NCBI GenBank assembly: GCA_044229975.1
Contig: JBGARZ010000005.1
Coordinates: 320,001-384,000, forward strand
Reading direction: 5' to 3'
Source of the DNA: Polyangiales bacterium
GTDB lineage: Bacteria; Myxococcota_A; Polyangia; Polyangiales; Ga0077539
Length of the DNA: 64,000 nucleotides
Positions within the stretch are counted from its first letter, which is position 1. Each line of letters starts with the position of its first letter. Below, piece after piece: positions 37,265-45,558 of the stretch. The notes beneath the pieces were generated by a model. The model searched no databases. It was not told where the DNA came from and worked only from the letters and a program-made list of their open reading frames with translations. The translations under genes were made by a program, and so were the position numbers.

Positions 37265-39766
37265 GTGACGCATGCCCGACGCCCGCGGGTGCGTCGCACG
37301 AGCATCAGCTTCGGCGCGCTCATCGACCGATGGTTCGCGCAGCGCGGAGACCACCCGACGGCGGTGCAGCGCTCGGTCTTCGCGGCCTACGCCGAGGGTC
37401 GCCCGCTGCTGGTCACGGCGCCGACCGGGAGCGGCAAGACGGCGGCCGTGATGCTCCCGCTGCTCGCCGATCTCATCGCCCACGCGACGGACGAGCCCTC
37501 CGGGGTGAGCGTGCTCTACCTCGCCCCGGTGCGCGCGTTGTCGGCGACGCAGTCCGACGCCATCACCGCGATGATCGCCTCCCTCGGCGGCGGTCTGCGC
37601 GTGGCGCAGCGCACCGGCGACACCACCGCGACGCAGCGCACCGCCCAGCGCAACCGCCCGCCCGATGTGCTGCTCACCACACCCGAGTCACTCGCGGTGC
37701 TGCTCGCGGGTCCTGGGGCGGCGATGCTCACGCGGGTGCGCGCGGTGGTGCTCGACGAGCTGCACCTCCTCGCGACCGGCAAGCGCGGCGCCCTCCTCTC
37801 CACCACCCTCGCGCTCCTCGACACCTGGACCGCCCTCCACGAAGCCCCCGCCCCGCGTCGCTTCGCCATGAGCGCGACGGTGCGCCCGCTCGACGCGCTC
37901 GCCGCGTGGGTGCACGCCGACACCCGCGTGATCGCCGTCGCCAACGACACGCCCGCGCAGCTCCGCATCACCGATCCGCCGATGGAACAGGCCTTTCCCG
38001 ACGGGTCGTGGGCGTGGCGCAAGGTGCTCCCCATGATCGCGCGCCAGGTCGCCGCCACCGATGGAACCACCCTGCTCTTCGTCGGCGCCCGCACCCGCGC
38101 CGAGCTGTGGGCCGTTGCGCTGCGCGATGTCCTCCCGGCGCGCCTCGGGGTCGCGTGCTTCCACGGGTCGCTCTCGTTGGAGGAGCGCGCGCGCGTGGCC
38201 GACGAACTGCGCGCGGGAACCGTCCACGTCGTCGTCGCCACCAGCGCCCTGGAGGTCGGCGTCGATCTGCCCGCGGTGAAGCGGGTGCTCGTGCTCGGCG
38301 CGCCCGCGGCGACGTCGCGGCTGTTGCAGGCGGCGGGTCGCGCCGACCACCGCCCGGGTGTGGCGGCGCGGGCCGAGCTCATCCCGACGAGCGCCCTTGA
38401 TGCGGTGCGCTGCGCTGCCGTGATTCGCGCGGCGGAGAGCGGGGACATCGAGCCGCTCACGTTGCGCGAGGGCGACCTCGACGTGGCGGTGCAGGCGGCG
38501 CTCGGTCGCTTGCAGTTGCGGTCGGCGAGCGCGGCGTCGGTGGGAGATTTCCTGCGCGCATCACCGACGCTGCGCGGGCTGTCGGACGACGACCTCGGGC
38601 GGGTGATGGGCTACCTCGCGCACGGCGGCGACGCGCTCGCGGCGTACCCCGAGATGGCGCGCGCGGTGACTGACGGTGAGCACTGGGCCATCAGCGGAAA
38701 GCGCTCCGAGCGACGCTACCGCCAGGGCATCGGAACCATCGTCGGCGACGTCTCGGTGGAGGTTCATCACGGGCGGAGGGTGGTGGGTCAGCTCGACGGG
38801 CGCTTCGCGGTGTCGCTGGAGGTGGGCGACCGCTTCGTCCTCGGTGGCAGGAAGTGGCGGGTGACGGCGCGGACCAACGACGCCATCGTGGTGCGCCCCG
38901 ACCGCAGCCCCGAGCGAGCGCTCCCCGCGTGGATGGGACAGCGCCAGGCCCAGAGCGCGCAGGTGGCCGAGTCCGTGGAGGCGCTGTGGTCGGAGCTCGA
39001 AGCGCTGGCCGCGGCGGACGACGGCGGCGAGCGCATCGCCGAACGCCTCGCGGTGCACCCGGTGACCGCGGGTGCGGTGTGTTCGCTGGTGCGGGCGCAG
39101 GTGAGGCGGTCGTCGGTTCCGGGGCCCGATCGCTTCGTGGTGGAGCTGCATCGTGATGGCGAGCGGGCGCATCTGGTGGCGTTCACCTTCGCGGGATCGA
39201 TGGCCAACGAGCTCATCGCGCGCGCGGTGGCCTCACGGTATCGCGACGCGACGGGTGAGCCCGCGGCGGTGACCGCGTTCGACGAGGCGGTGTGCGTGAC
39301 GGCCGACGCACGACTCGCAGCGGCGTCACGCGAGACGCTGGGGCAATGGTTTGCGCCGGAAGGATTGCGCGCCGATGCGATGCGCGCGCTCCACGATGGC
39401 GTGCTGAGCGGGGCGTACTTCCGCGAGGTCGCGCGGGTGTCGCAGCTCTGGCTGCCGGGGGGAAAACCGGGCGCCGCGACGCCGGGGTTGCTGCACGACG
39501 TGTTGCGCAAGCACGACCCGGGGCACGTGTTGTTGCGGGCGCTCGACCACACACTCTGGACGTCGCTCGAAGGGGAGCGGGCGCTCGACGTGCTGGCCGA
39601 TCGGGCGGGGCGGCGGTGGCACCTGCACCGGATGGACGGGCCGTCGCCGCTGAGCATCCCGGCGCGAACGTGGATGGACCGCGACGCCGTGCGCGGCGAC
39701 GACCCCGAGCGCGCGCTCTTGGACGCGGCGAACCGACTCTTCCAGGCGACGCTGGCGGGCGGCTGA
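37265..39766 (+). CDS. lhr: Lhr-family DEXH-box helicase (ligase-associated DNA damage response type)
   Basis: APTGSGKT, RTGDT, TTPESL, DELH, SAT, HGSLS, ATSALEVGVD, GTI and FREVARVS. Start codon uncertain (37223 or 37265). Confidence 0.88.
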   Translation: MTHARRPRVRRTSISFGALIDRWFAQRGDHPTAVQRSVFAAYAEGRPLLVTAPTGSGKTAAVMLPLLADLIAHATDEPSGVSVLYLAPVRALSATQSDAITAMIASLGGGLRVAQRTGDTTATQRTAQRNRPPDVLLTTPESLAVLLAGPGAAMLTRVRAVVLDELHLLATGKRGALLSTTLALLDTWTALHEAPAPRRFAMSATVRPLDALAAWVHADTRVIAVANDTPAQLRITDPPMEQAFPDGSWAWRKVLPMIARQVAATDGTTLLFVGARTRAELWAVALRDVLPARLGVACFHGSLSLEERARVADELRAGTVHVVVATSALEVGVDLPAVKRVLVLGAPAATSRLLQAAGRADHRPGVAARAELIPTSALDAVRCAAVIRAAESGDIEPLTLREGDLDVAVQAALGRLQLRSASAASVGDFLRASPTLRGLSDDDLGRVMGYLAHGGDALAAYPEMARAVTDGEHWAISGKRSERRYRQGIGTIVGDVSVEVHHGRRVVGQLDGRFAVSLEVGDRFVLGGRKWRVTARTNDAIVVRPDRSPERALPAWMGQRQAQSAQVAESVEALWSELEALAAADDGGERIAERLAVHPVTAGAVCSLVRAQVRRSSVPGPDRFVVELHRDGERAHLVAFTFAGSMANELIARAVASRYRDATGEPAAVTAFDEAVCVTADARLAAASRETLGQWFAPEGLRADAMRALHDGVLSGAYFREVARVSQLWLPGGKPGAATPGLLHDVLRKHDPGHVLLRALDHTLWTSLEGERALDVLADRAGRRWHLHRMDGPSPLSIPARTWMDRDAVRGDDPERALLDAANRLFQATLAGG

Positions 39767-39785
39767 AGCAGTATCCTCGCGCGCC

Positions 39786-40619
39786 ATGTCGACCACCCGC
39801 ACCGTCGAGGCCAACGGCGTCCGCTTCCACGTCATCGAGGAGGGCAGCGGGCCGCTGGTGCTGTTGATCCACGGCTTCCCGGACACGGCGCACACCTGGG
39901 ACGACGTGCGGCCCGCGCTCGCGGCCGCGGGGTACCGGGCGGTGTCTCCCAACACGCGCGGGTATGCGCCGACGGAGGTTCCGGCGGATGGGCGCTACGA
40001 CAGCGATGCGCTGGGCCAGGACGCCGTCGCCCTCATCGCCGCGCTCGGCGAGGAGCGCGCGTACGTGGTGGGTCACGACTGGGGCGCGAGCGCGGCGTAC
40101 TCCGCGGCGGTGCTCGCGCCAGAGCGAGTCCGCAAGCTGGTGACGGTGGCGATTCCCCACCCGGCGTCGCTGCGACCGACGCCCGCAAAGGCGTGGGGCG
40201 CGCGGCATTTCGTCACGCTGCGGCTGCCGGGCGCGGTCGAGCGAGCGCGCGCCGGGGACTTCGCGGAGATCGATCGGCTGGTGCGGCGGTGGTCGCCGGC
40301 GTGGGAGGTTCCGGCGGGGGAGACGGCGGCGGTGAAGGAGGCGTTTCGCGCACCGGGCAGCCTCGACGCGGCGCTGGGGTACTACCGGGCGATGCGGCCG
40401 TGGTTGCCGTCGTCGCTGCGGCGGCGCATCGACGTGCCGACGGCGAGCTTCTCGGGCGACACCGACGGCGTGCTCACCCACGACGACTACGAGCGGGCGC
40501 GCTCGTGGTTCAAGCGCTCGTACGAGGTGGTGCGGATGCCGGGCGGACACTTCATGCACCGGGAGCATCCTGAGCGCTTCATCCGCGAGCTGCTCCGGGT
40601 GCTGAAGGACGAGACGTGA
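39786..40619 (+). CDS. Alpha/beta hydrolase (epoxide hydrolase-like)
   Basis: HGFPD, RGY, GHDWGA and GHFMHRE. Confidence 0.9.
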   Translation: MSTTRTVEANGVRFHVIEEGSGPLVLLIHGFPDTAHTWDDVRPALAAAGYRAVSPNTRGYAPTEVPADGRYDSDALGQDAVALIAALGEERAYVVGHDWGASAAYSAAVLAPERVRKLVTVAIPHPASLRPTPAKAWGARHFVTLRLPGAVERARAGDFAEIDRLVRRWSPAWEVPAGETAAVKEAFRAPGSLDAALGYYRAMRPWLPSSLRRRIDVPTASFSGDTDGVLTHDDYERARSWFKRSYEVVRMPGGHFMHREHPERFIRELLRVLKDET

Positions 40620-40641
40620 TGAGCGGGTCATTTGGCGCTGG

Positions 40642-40871
40642 GGTTCGCGCGTGCGGCCTCAGAACGCGGAGCCAGACCCCGACCGTGAGGGAGGGGACGC
40701 TACTCTCGGACCGCCAGCGACCATCCGAGATTCTCGGCACGCTGAGCCCCCGGACGACGATCATCGGGGGGCACGGTCGGACCGAAGAGACGCGCATTGG
40801 ATCGTCGCAGTCGCGTCCCCTCCCTCACGGTCGGGGTCTGGCTCCGCGTTCTGAGGCCACGCGCGCGAACC
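40642..40871. repeat. Long inverted repeat (~63-bp arms, ~104-bp spacer), REP/REPIN- or MITE-like element
   Basis: 40642-40704 matches the reverse complement of 40809-40871 with 3 mismatches; core ccccgaccgtgagggagggg. Confidence 0.88.
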
Positions 40872-40896
40872 GCGGAGAGCGACCCGAGACGCCCCC

Positions 40897-41676
40897 ATGC
40901 TGACCCTCGACGACGGCCTCCGCTGCGTCGCGCCCGGTGGGCTCTTCGACCCGGCCACCCGCACGCTCGTCATCGCCGACATCCACGCGGGCTACGTCCG
41001 CACCCTCCAAGCCCGCGGCTACCTCCTCCCCGGCGTCGACGACCGCGAGCTCCTCGCGCGCATCGCCTCCCTCCGCGCTCGCCTCGATCCGGCCACCGTC
41101 GTCATCGCGGGCGACGTCGTCCACGGGGCCTCGTCGCTCCGCCGTGGTGTCGACGGACTCAGCGCGCTCGACCGCCTGCTGTCCGCGCTCGATGGGTGCG
41201 CCGCAGTCATCATCCCCGGCAACCACGACCGCGGCCTCGACGCAGCCCTCGCCGATCGCGACGTCACGGTGTGCGCCCGCTGGTGCTTCGGCCCTCACGT
41301 CGCCATCCACGGCGACGTCGCCGACGAGCTACGCCGCGAGCGCTCTCTCGCATTGAGCGCAGGCGGTCGCGTCGTGCTCGGTCACTACCACCCAGCGCTG
41401 GTGCTGCGTGACGCGCTCGCCACGCGCACCAAGGTGATGGCCTTCGCCTGGGCCGCCGGGCTCGTGTGCGTCCCCGCGCTCACGCCCTTCGCGCGCGGCA
41501 GCGACCTCGTGCTCGACGCCGAGCTCACCGCCGTCGTCGACGCGAGCGAGCTGGAGACCGCGGTCATCGTCGGCGATCGGGTGCTCCCCACCGGGCGCCT
41601 CGACCGGGTGCGCGCGGCGCTGGGACGCGCTCCTCCTCGCGCTCGGGTCAGCGGCGGTCGCAGTTCGCGAAGCTGA
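40897..41676 (+). CDS. Lhr-associated metallophosphoesterase (PdeM/MPE-like)
   Basis: ADIH, GDVVH, GNHD, HGD, GHYHP and PALTPF calcineurin-like motifs; located next to lhr. Confidence 0.85.
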   Translation: MLTLDDGLRCVAPGGLFDPATRTLVIADIHAGYVRTLQARGYLLPGVDDRELLARIASLRARLDPATVVIAGDVVHGASSLRRGVDGLSALDRLLSALDGCAAVIIPGNHDRGLDAALADRDVTVCARWCFGPHVAIHGDVADELRRERSLALSAGGRVVLGHYHPALVLRDALATRTKVMAFAWAAGLVCVPALTPFARGSDLVLDAELTAVVDASELETAVIVGDRVLPTGRLDRVRAALGRAPPRARVSGGRSSRS

Positions 41677-42391
41677 ACTCCGCGTACTCGTTGGTCGTGG
41701 TCTGCGGGATAAGCCCGATGACCTCACGCGAGCGCGGCGGCGACAGGTTGTCCTGCAAGCCCTCGCAACGCATGCGGCCGCGGAAGTTCTGCCCGTCGAC
41801 CGCGTCGATGAACACGTGACAAACGCCCGTCACTCCGATGGTCCCGTCTGCCGGCTTCACGCCCCAGCCGGCGCCGCGCACCTGCACGAAGCCGCCTTCT
41901 CCGCCGGACCGCAGTTCGGCGCCGGCGCGCTCGAGCACGCCCGTCGCGAAGAGGCCCTCCTGCGACTCGGAGAAGTTCTGCCCCGGCTCGATGGCCGCGA
42001 TGCGAAACGTGATGCGCGTGCCCCCGGTGGTTGGCGCCACGTTACAGACCACGTCGACCGTCGGCGACCCCGCGCTGCCGCGCACCGAGTGGCTCGTGAC
42101 GTTGCAGTTGGCGCCCGACGAGCTCGCCGGACACCGCACCCGCCACGCCGCCGAACCGGTTGCGGGCACCCCGCCGCCGTCCGCGCGACTCGTGCCACCA
42201 TCCGTCCCGCCGTCCGCGCCCGCACAGACGCACGCGCCGAAGCTGCCGCTCGCCCCGCAGGTCTGCGCCCCGGGGCCGCCGCCCGCGCAGGGGCACGCCA
42301 CCACCTGTCCCAGCGTGCAGCGGACAGCCTCGTCGGTTCCGCACCCCACCAACACAAAGGCAATGGCCACCATCGCCGCGTTCGCTCTCAT
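41648..42391 (-). CDS. Hypothetical lipoprotein with an N-terminal Cys-rich module (paralog of 43689-44288)
   Basis: Lipobox LVGC and CTLGQVVACPC...GAQTC...GACVC; C-terminal ~168 aa shared with the paralog. Confidence 0.75.
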   Translation of the reverse strand: MRANAAMVAIAFVLVGCGTDEAVRCTLGQVVACPCAGGGPGAQTCGASGSFGACVCAGADGGTDGGTSRADGGGVPATGSAAWRVRCPASSSGANCNVTSHSVRGSAGSPTVDVVCNVAPTTGGTRITFRIAAIEPGQNFSESQEGLFATGVLERAGAELRSGGEGGFVQVRGAGWGVKPADGTIGVTGVCHVFIDAVDGQNFRGRMRCEGLQDNLSPPRSREVIGLIPQTTTNEYAEFSFANCDRR

Positions 42392-42412
42392 CGATCCCTC
42401 CGAAAATTTAGG

Positions 42413-43648
42413 TCAGTACACCACGCGGGTGCTGATGCTCGTCGGCAGCGCGCCCACGGCGATGGCCACCGCGTTCGAGACGTCCTGATCGATGTCCATG
42501 ATCAGGTAGCCGATGGAGGCGTCGGTCGCGAGCACCTGCGCGCGGATGTTGGCCCCGAGGTCGCTCGCGATGCGGTTGACGTCGCGGAGCACGCCGGGGA
42601 CGTTGCGGTGCGCGTTGAGCACCCGGTGCGAGCCCGCCGTCGGGGCCATCTCCAGGTTGGGGAAGTTCACCGCGCCGACGGTGCTGCCCACCTCGATGTA
42701 GCGCGTGAGGCTCGTCGCCACCTCGCGCCCGATGTTGGCCTGCGCCTCCAGCGTCGAGCCGCCGATGTGCGGCGTCAGGATCACGTTGGGCAGGCCCTGC
42801 AACACCGACACGAAGCCCTCGCCGTTGCCCTCGGGCTCCTCCGGAAACACGTCGATCGCCGCGCCCCCGAGCTTGCCGTTGGCCAGCGCCTTCGCCAGCG
42901 CGTCGAGGTCGACCACGCTCCCGCGGCTGGCGTTGAGCAGCATCGCACCGGGACGCATGCGCGCGATGGCCTCGCCGTCGATCATCTTCTCCGTCAGCGG
43001 CGTCGCGGGCACATGCAGCGTCACGAAGTCCGACACCGCGAGCAGCTCTTCCAACGAGGGCAGCGTCATCGCGTTGCCGATGGAGAGCTTCGTCGCGATG
43101 TCATAGGACACCACCCGCATGCCCATGGACTCGGCCAGCACGCCGACCTGCGACCCGATGTGGCCGTAGCCCACGATGCCGAGCGTCTTGCCGCGCACCT
43201 CGACGCAGCCCGCGGACACCTTGCGCCACTGTCCGGCGTGAACCTCGCGCGCGCGGTCGCCGAGCTGGCGCGCCAGCATGACGATCTCGGCGATGATCAT
43301 CTCGGCCACGCTGCGGGTGTTGCTGAAGGGCGCGTTGAACACCGGCAGCCCGAGGTCGTGCGCCGTGCCCAGCTTCACCTGGTTGGTGCCGATGCAGAAG
43401 CACCCGACGGTCATCAGCGACGGGGCCTCGGAGAGCACCCGCGCCGTCACCTGGGTCTTGCTACGGATGCCCAGCACCTGCACGCCCTTGAGGCGCTCGA
43501 TGAGGGCGTCCTCGCCGAGGGCGCCGTTGAGCGCCTCGACCTTGCAGCCCGCGTCGAGGAGCAGGTCGTGCGCGCTGGCGTGGACGTTTTCGAGCAACAG
43601 GACCTTGAGCCCTGCCGCGCTGCGCGAAGGCGGAGAAGAACGTGTCAT
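42413..43648 (-). CDS. serA: D-3-phosphoglycerate dehydrogenase
   Basis: GIRSKT, FCIGTNQV, NAPFSNTRSVAE, GYGHIG, NASRG, TPHIGGST and a C-terminal ACT domain (HRNVPGVL). Confidence 0.96.
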   Translation of the reverse strand: MTRSSPPSRSAAGLKVLLLENVHASAHDLLLDAGCKVEALNGALGEDALIERLKGVQVLGIRSKTQVTARVLSEAPSLMTVGCFCIGTNQVKLGTAHDLGLPVFNAPFSNTRSVAEMIIAEIVMLARQLGDRAREVHAGQWRKVSAGCVEVRGKTLGIVGYGHIGSQVGVLAESMGMRVVSYDIATKLSIGNAMTLPSLEELLAVSDFVTLHVPATPLTEKMIDGEAIARMRPGAMLLNASRGSVVDLDALAKALANGKLGGAAIDVFPEEPEGNGEGFVSVLQGLPNVILTPHIGGSTLEAQANIGREVATSLTRYIEVGSTVGAVNFPNLEMAPTAGSHRVLNAHRNVPGVLRDVNRIASDLGANIRAQVLATDASIGYLIMDIDQDVSNAVAIAVGALPTSISTRVVY

Positions 43649-43688
43649 CCGTGGTTTCGATTCGAAAGAGGGAGAAGGAGAAGGGAGC

Positions 43689-44288
43689 TCAGCGGTTGTC
43701 GCAGTTGGAGAACGTGAACTCCCCGAACTCGTTGGTCGTGGTCGACGGGGGGTTGCCGATGACCTCGCGCGAGCGCGGCGGCGACAGGTCGTCCTGCACG
43801 TTGGCGCAGGCGATGCGGCCGCGGAAGTTCTGCCCGTTGAGCGCGTCGATGAAGACGTGACAGACGCCCGTCACGCCGATGGTCCCGTTTTCCGCCGTCA
43901 CGCCCCAGCCGGCGCCGCGGATCTGCACGAAGCCGCCGTTTTCGCCCGCGCGCAGCTCGGCGCCCGCGCGCTCGAGCACGCCCGTCGCGAAGAGGCCCTC
44001 CTGCGACTCGGAGAAGTTCTGCCCCGCGTTGATGGCCGCGATGCGAAACGTGATGCTCGTGCCGCCCGTGGTCGGCACCACGTTGCAGCTCAGGTCGACG
44101 GTGGGCGACCCCGCGCTGCCGCGCACCGAGTGGCTGGTGACGTTGCAGTTGGCGCCCGACGAGCTCGCCGGGCAGCGCACCCGCCACACCGCCGAGCCCG
44201 TCATCGGGAGCGGGTCATCGCCGCAGCCGACTCCCATCAACACCAGCGCCCCGACCGCCAGACCACGCAACACTCGCATCGACATCAT
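43689..44288 (-). CDS. Hypothetical lipoprotein (paralog of 41648-42391)
   Basis: Lipobox GVGC; GGAGGAG RBS upstream; six shared Cys in the mature domain. Confidence 0.75.
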   Translation of the reverse strand: MMSMRVLRGLAVGALVLMGVGCGDDPLPMTGSAVWRVRCPASSSGANCNVTSHSVRGSAGSPTVDLSCNVVPTTGGTSITFRIAAINAGQNFSESQEGLFATGVLERAGAELRAGENGGFVQIRGAGWGVTAENGTIGVTGVCHVFIDALNGQNFRGRIACANVQDDLSPPRSREVIGNPPSTTTNEFGEFTFSNCDNR

Positions 44289-44338
44289 CGCTCCTCCGAA
44301 CCACCGACCTAAGGTTGCCGCGACTCTACCCCAAGAGC

Positions 44339-45496
44339 TCAGCGGGACGTCGAAAAGGCGTGTTCGAGGTCAGCGATGAGGTCATCCGCGGCTTCCAGAC
44401 CCACCGAGATGCGGATGAGCCCGTCGTCGATGCCCAGAGCCGCGCGCGTCTCCGCCGGAACCGACGCGTGCGTCATGACGGCGGGCAGCTCGATGAGCGA
44501 CTCCACCCCGCCCAGGCTCTCCGCGCAGGTGAACACCTTCAGCGCCGACAAGAACTTCTGCGACCGCTCGGCCACCGTCCCGCCCGCCCCCTTGATGACG
44601 AAGGAGATCATCCCCCCAGGGGTCTTCATCTGACGGCGGATGAGCTCGCGCTGGGGATGGTCTTCGTTGCCCGGGTAGTACACCCGCGCCACGTCGGCGT
44701 GCTTCCGCAGCCAGAGCGCGATGGACTGGGCGTTGTGGGCATGGCGATCCATCCGCACCGGGAGGGTCTTCAAGCCGCGCAGGACGAGGAAGCAGTCGAA
44801 GGGCGACGGGATTGCCCCCATCGCGTTTTGCAGGAAGCGCAGCCGCTCGGCGAACTCGTCGTCGCTGGTCATCACGAGGCCGCCGACCACGTCGGAGTGG
44901 CCGTTGAGGTACTTGGTGCTGGAGTGCACCACCGCCGTCGCGCCGAGCCCGAGGGGCTGCTGGTTGCACGGCGTCGCGAAGGTGTTGTCGACGATGACCG
45001 GGATGCCCTTGCGGCTCGCGAGCGCGCACACCCGCTCGATGTCGAACACCTTCAGCATCGGGTTGGACGGCGTCTCCAGCCACACGAGCTTCGTCTCGGG
45101 GCGGAAGGCTTCTTCCGTGCGCGCGAGGTCGGTCATGTCGACGAAGGAGGCGGTGATGCCCATTGGGTTCATCACCTTGTCGAGGATGCGGAAGGTTCCG
45201 CCGTAGACGTCGTCGCCGCACACCACGTGGTCGCCGGGGCGGAGCAGGTGGAGCATCGTGGTGGTGGCCGCGCACCCGCTCGCGAAGGCGAGGCCGTGGC
45301 GCGCGCCTTCGAGGGCGGCGGCGCAGGCTTCGAGGGTGTTGCGGGTGGGGTTGCCGCTGCGGGAGTAGTCGTAGCCCTTGTGGTTGCCAGGGCCGTCCTG
45401 CGCGAAGGTGCTCGACAGGACGATGGGGGTCATCACCGCGCCCGACGTGGGGTCGGGGTGCTGCCCGGCGTGGATCGCGAGGGTCTCGATCTTCAT
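44339..45496 (-). CDS. Cystathionine gamma-lyase/synthase (Cys/Met metabolism PLP enzyme)
   Basis: YSRSGNPTR, YGGT, ETPSNP, DNTFATP, HSSTKYLNGHSD, ESLGGVESL and RISVGLE. Confidence 0.95.
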   Translation of the reverse strand: MKIETLAIHAGQHPDPTSGAVMTPIVLSSTFAQDGPGNHKGYDYSRSGNPTRNTLEACAAALEGARHGLAFASGCAATTTMLHLLRPGDHVVCGDDVYGGTFRILDKVMNPMGITASFVDMTDLARTEEAFRPETKLVWLETPSNPMLKVFDIERVCALASRKGIPVIVDNTFATPCNQQPLGLGATAVVHSSTKYLNGHSDVVGGLVMTSDDEFAERLRFLQNAMGAIPSPFDCFLVLRGLKTLPVRMDRHAHNAQSIALWLRKHADVARVYYPGNEDHPQRELIRRQMKTPGGMISFVIKGAGGTVAERSQKFLSALKVFTCAESLGGVESLIELPAVMTHASVPAETRAALGIDDGLIRISVGLEAADDLIADLEHAFSTSR

Positions 45497-45520
45497 GGGG
45501 ACGGGTGATCCCACAGACGA

Positions 45521-45544
45521 ACCGGCGCCCGCAAGGACGCCGGT
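45521..45544 (-). terminator. GC-rich hairpin after the PilZ gene (possible terminator or processing stem)
   Basis: accggcgtcc-ttgc-gggcgccggt on the minus strand; no strong U-tract. Confidence 0.35.
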
Positions 45545-45558
45545 CCTGGGAGGGGAGA

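Larger units (their letters stand above)
41648..44195. repeat. ~507-bp imperfect direct repeat (41648-42154 and 43689-44195) flanking serA
   Basis: Colinear alignment with the same 2041-bp offset at both ends, and long identical runs such as gcgcgctcgagcacgcccgtcgcgaagaggccctcctgcgactcggagaagttctgcccc. Confidence 0.9.

Noticed and set aside
41648..44195. Composite transposon carrying serA
   Set aside because: The flanking repeats encode lipoproteins, not transposases, and have no terminal inverted repeats.
45497..45558. SAM or other riboswitch ahead of the cystathionine lyase
   Set aside because: The gap is only ~60 bp, with one simple hairpin and no recognisable aptamer consensus.
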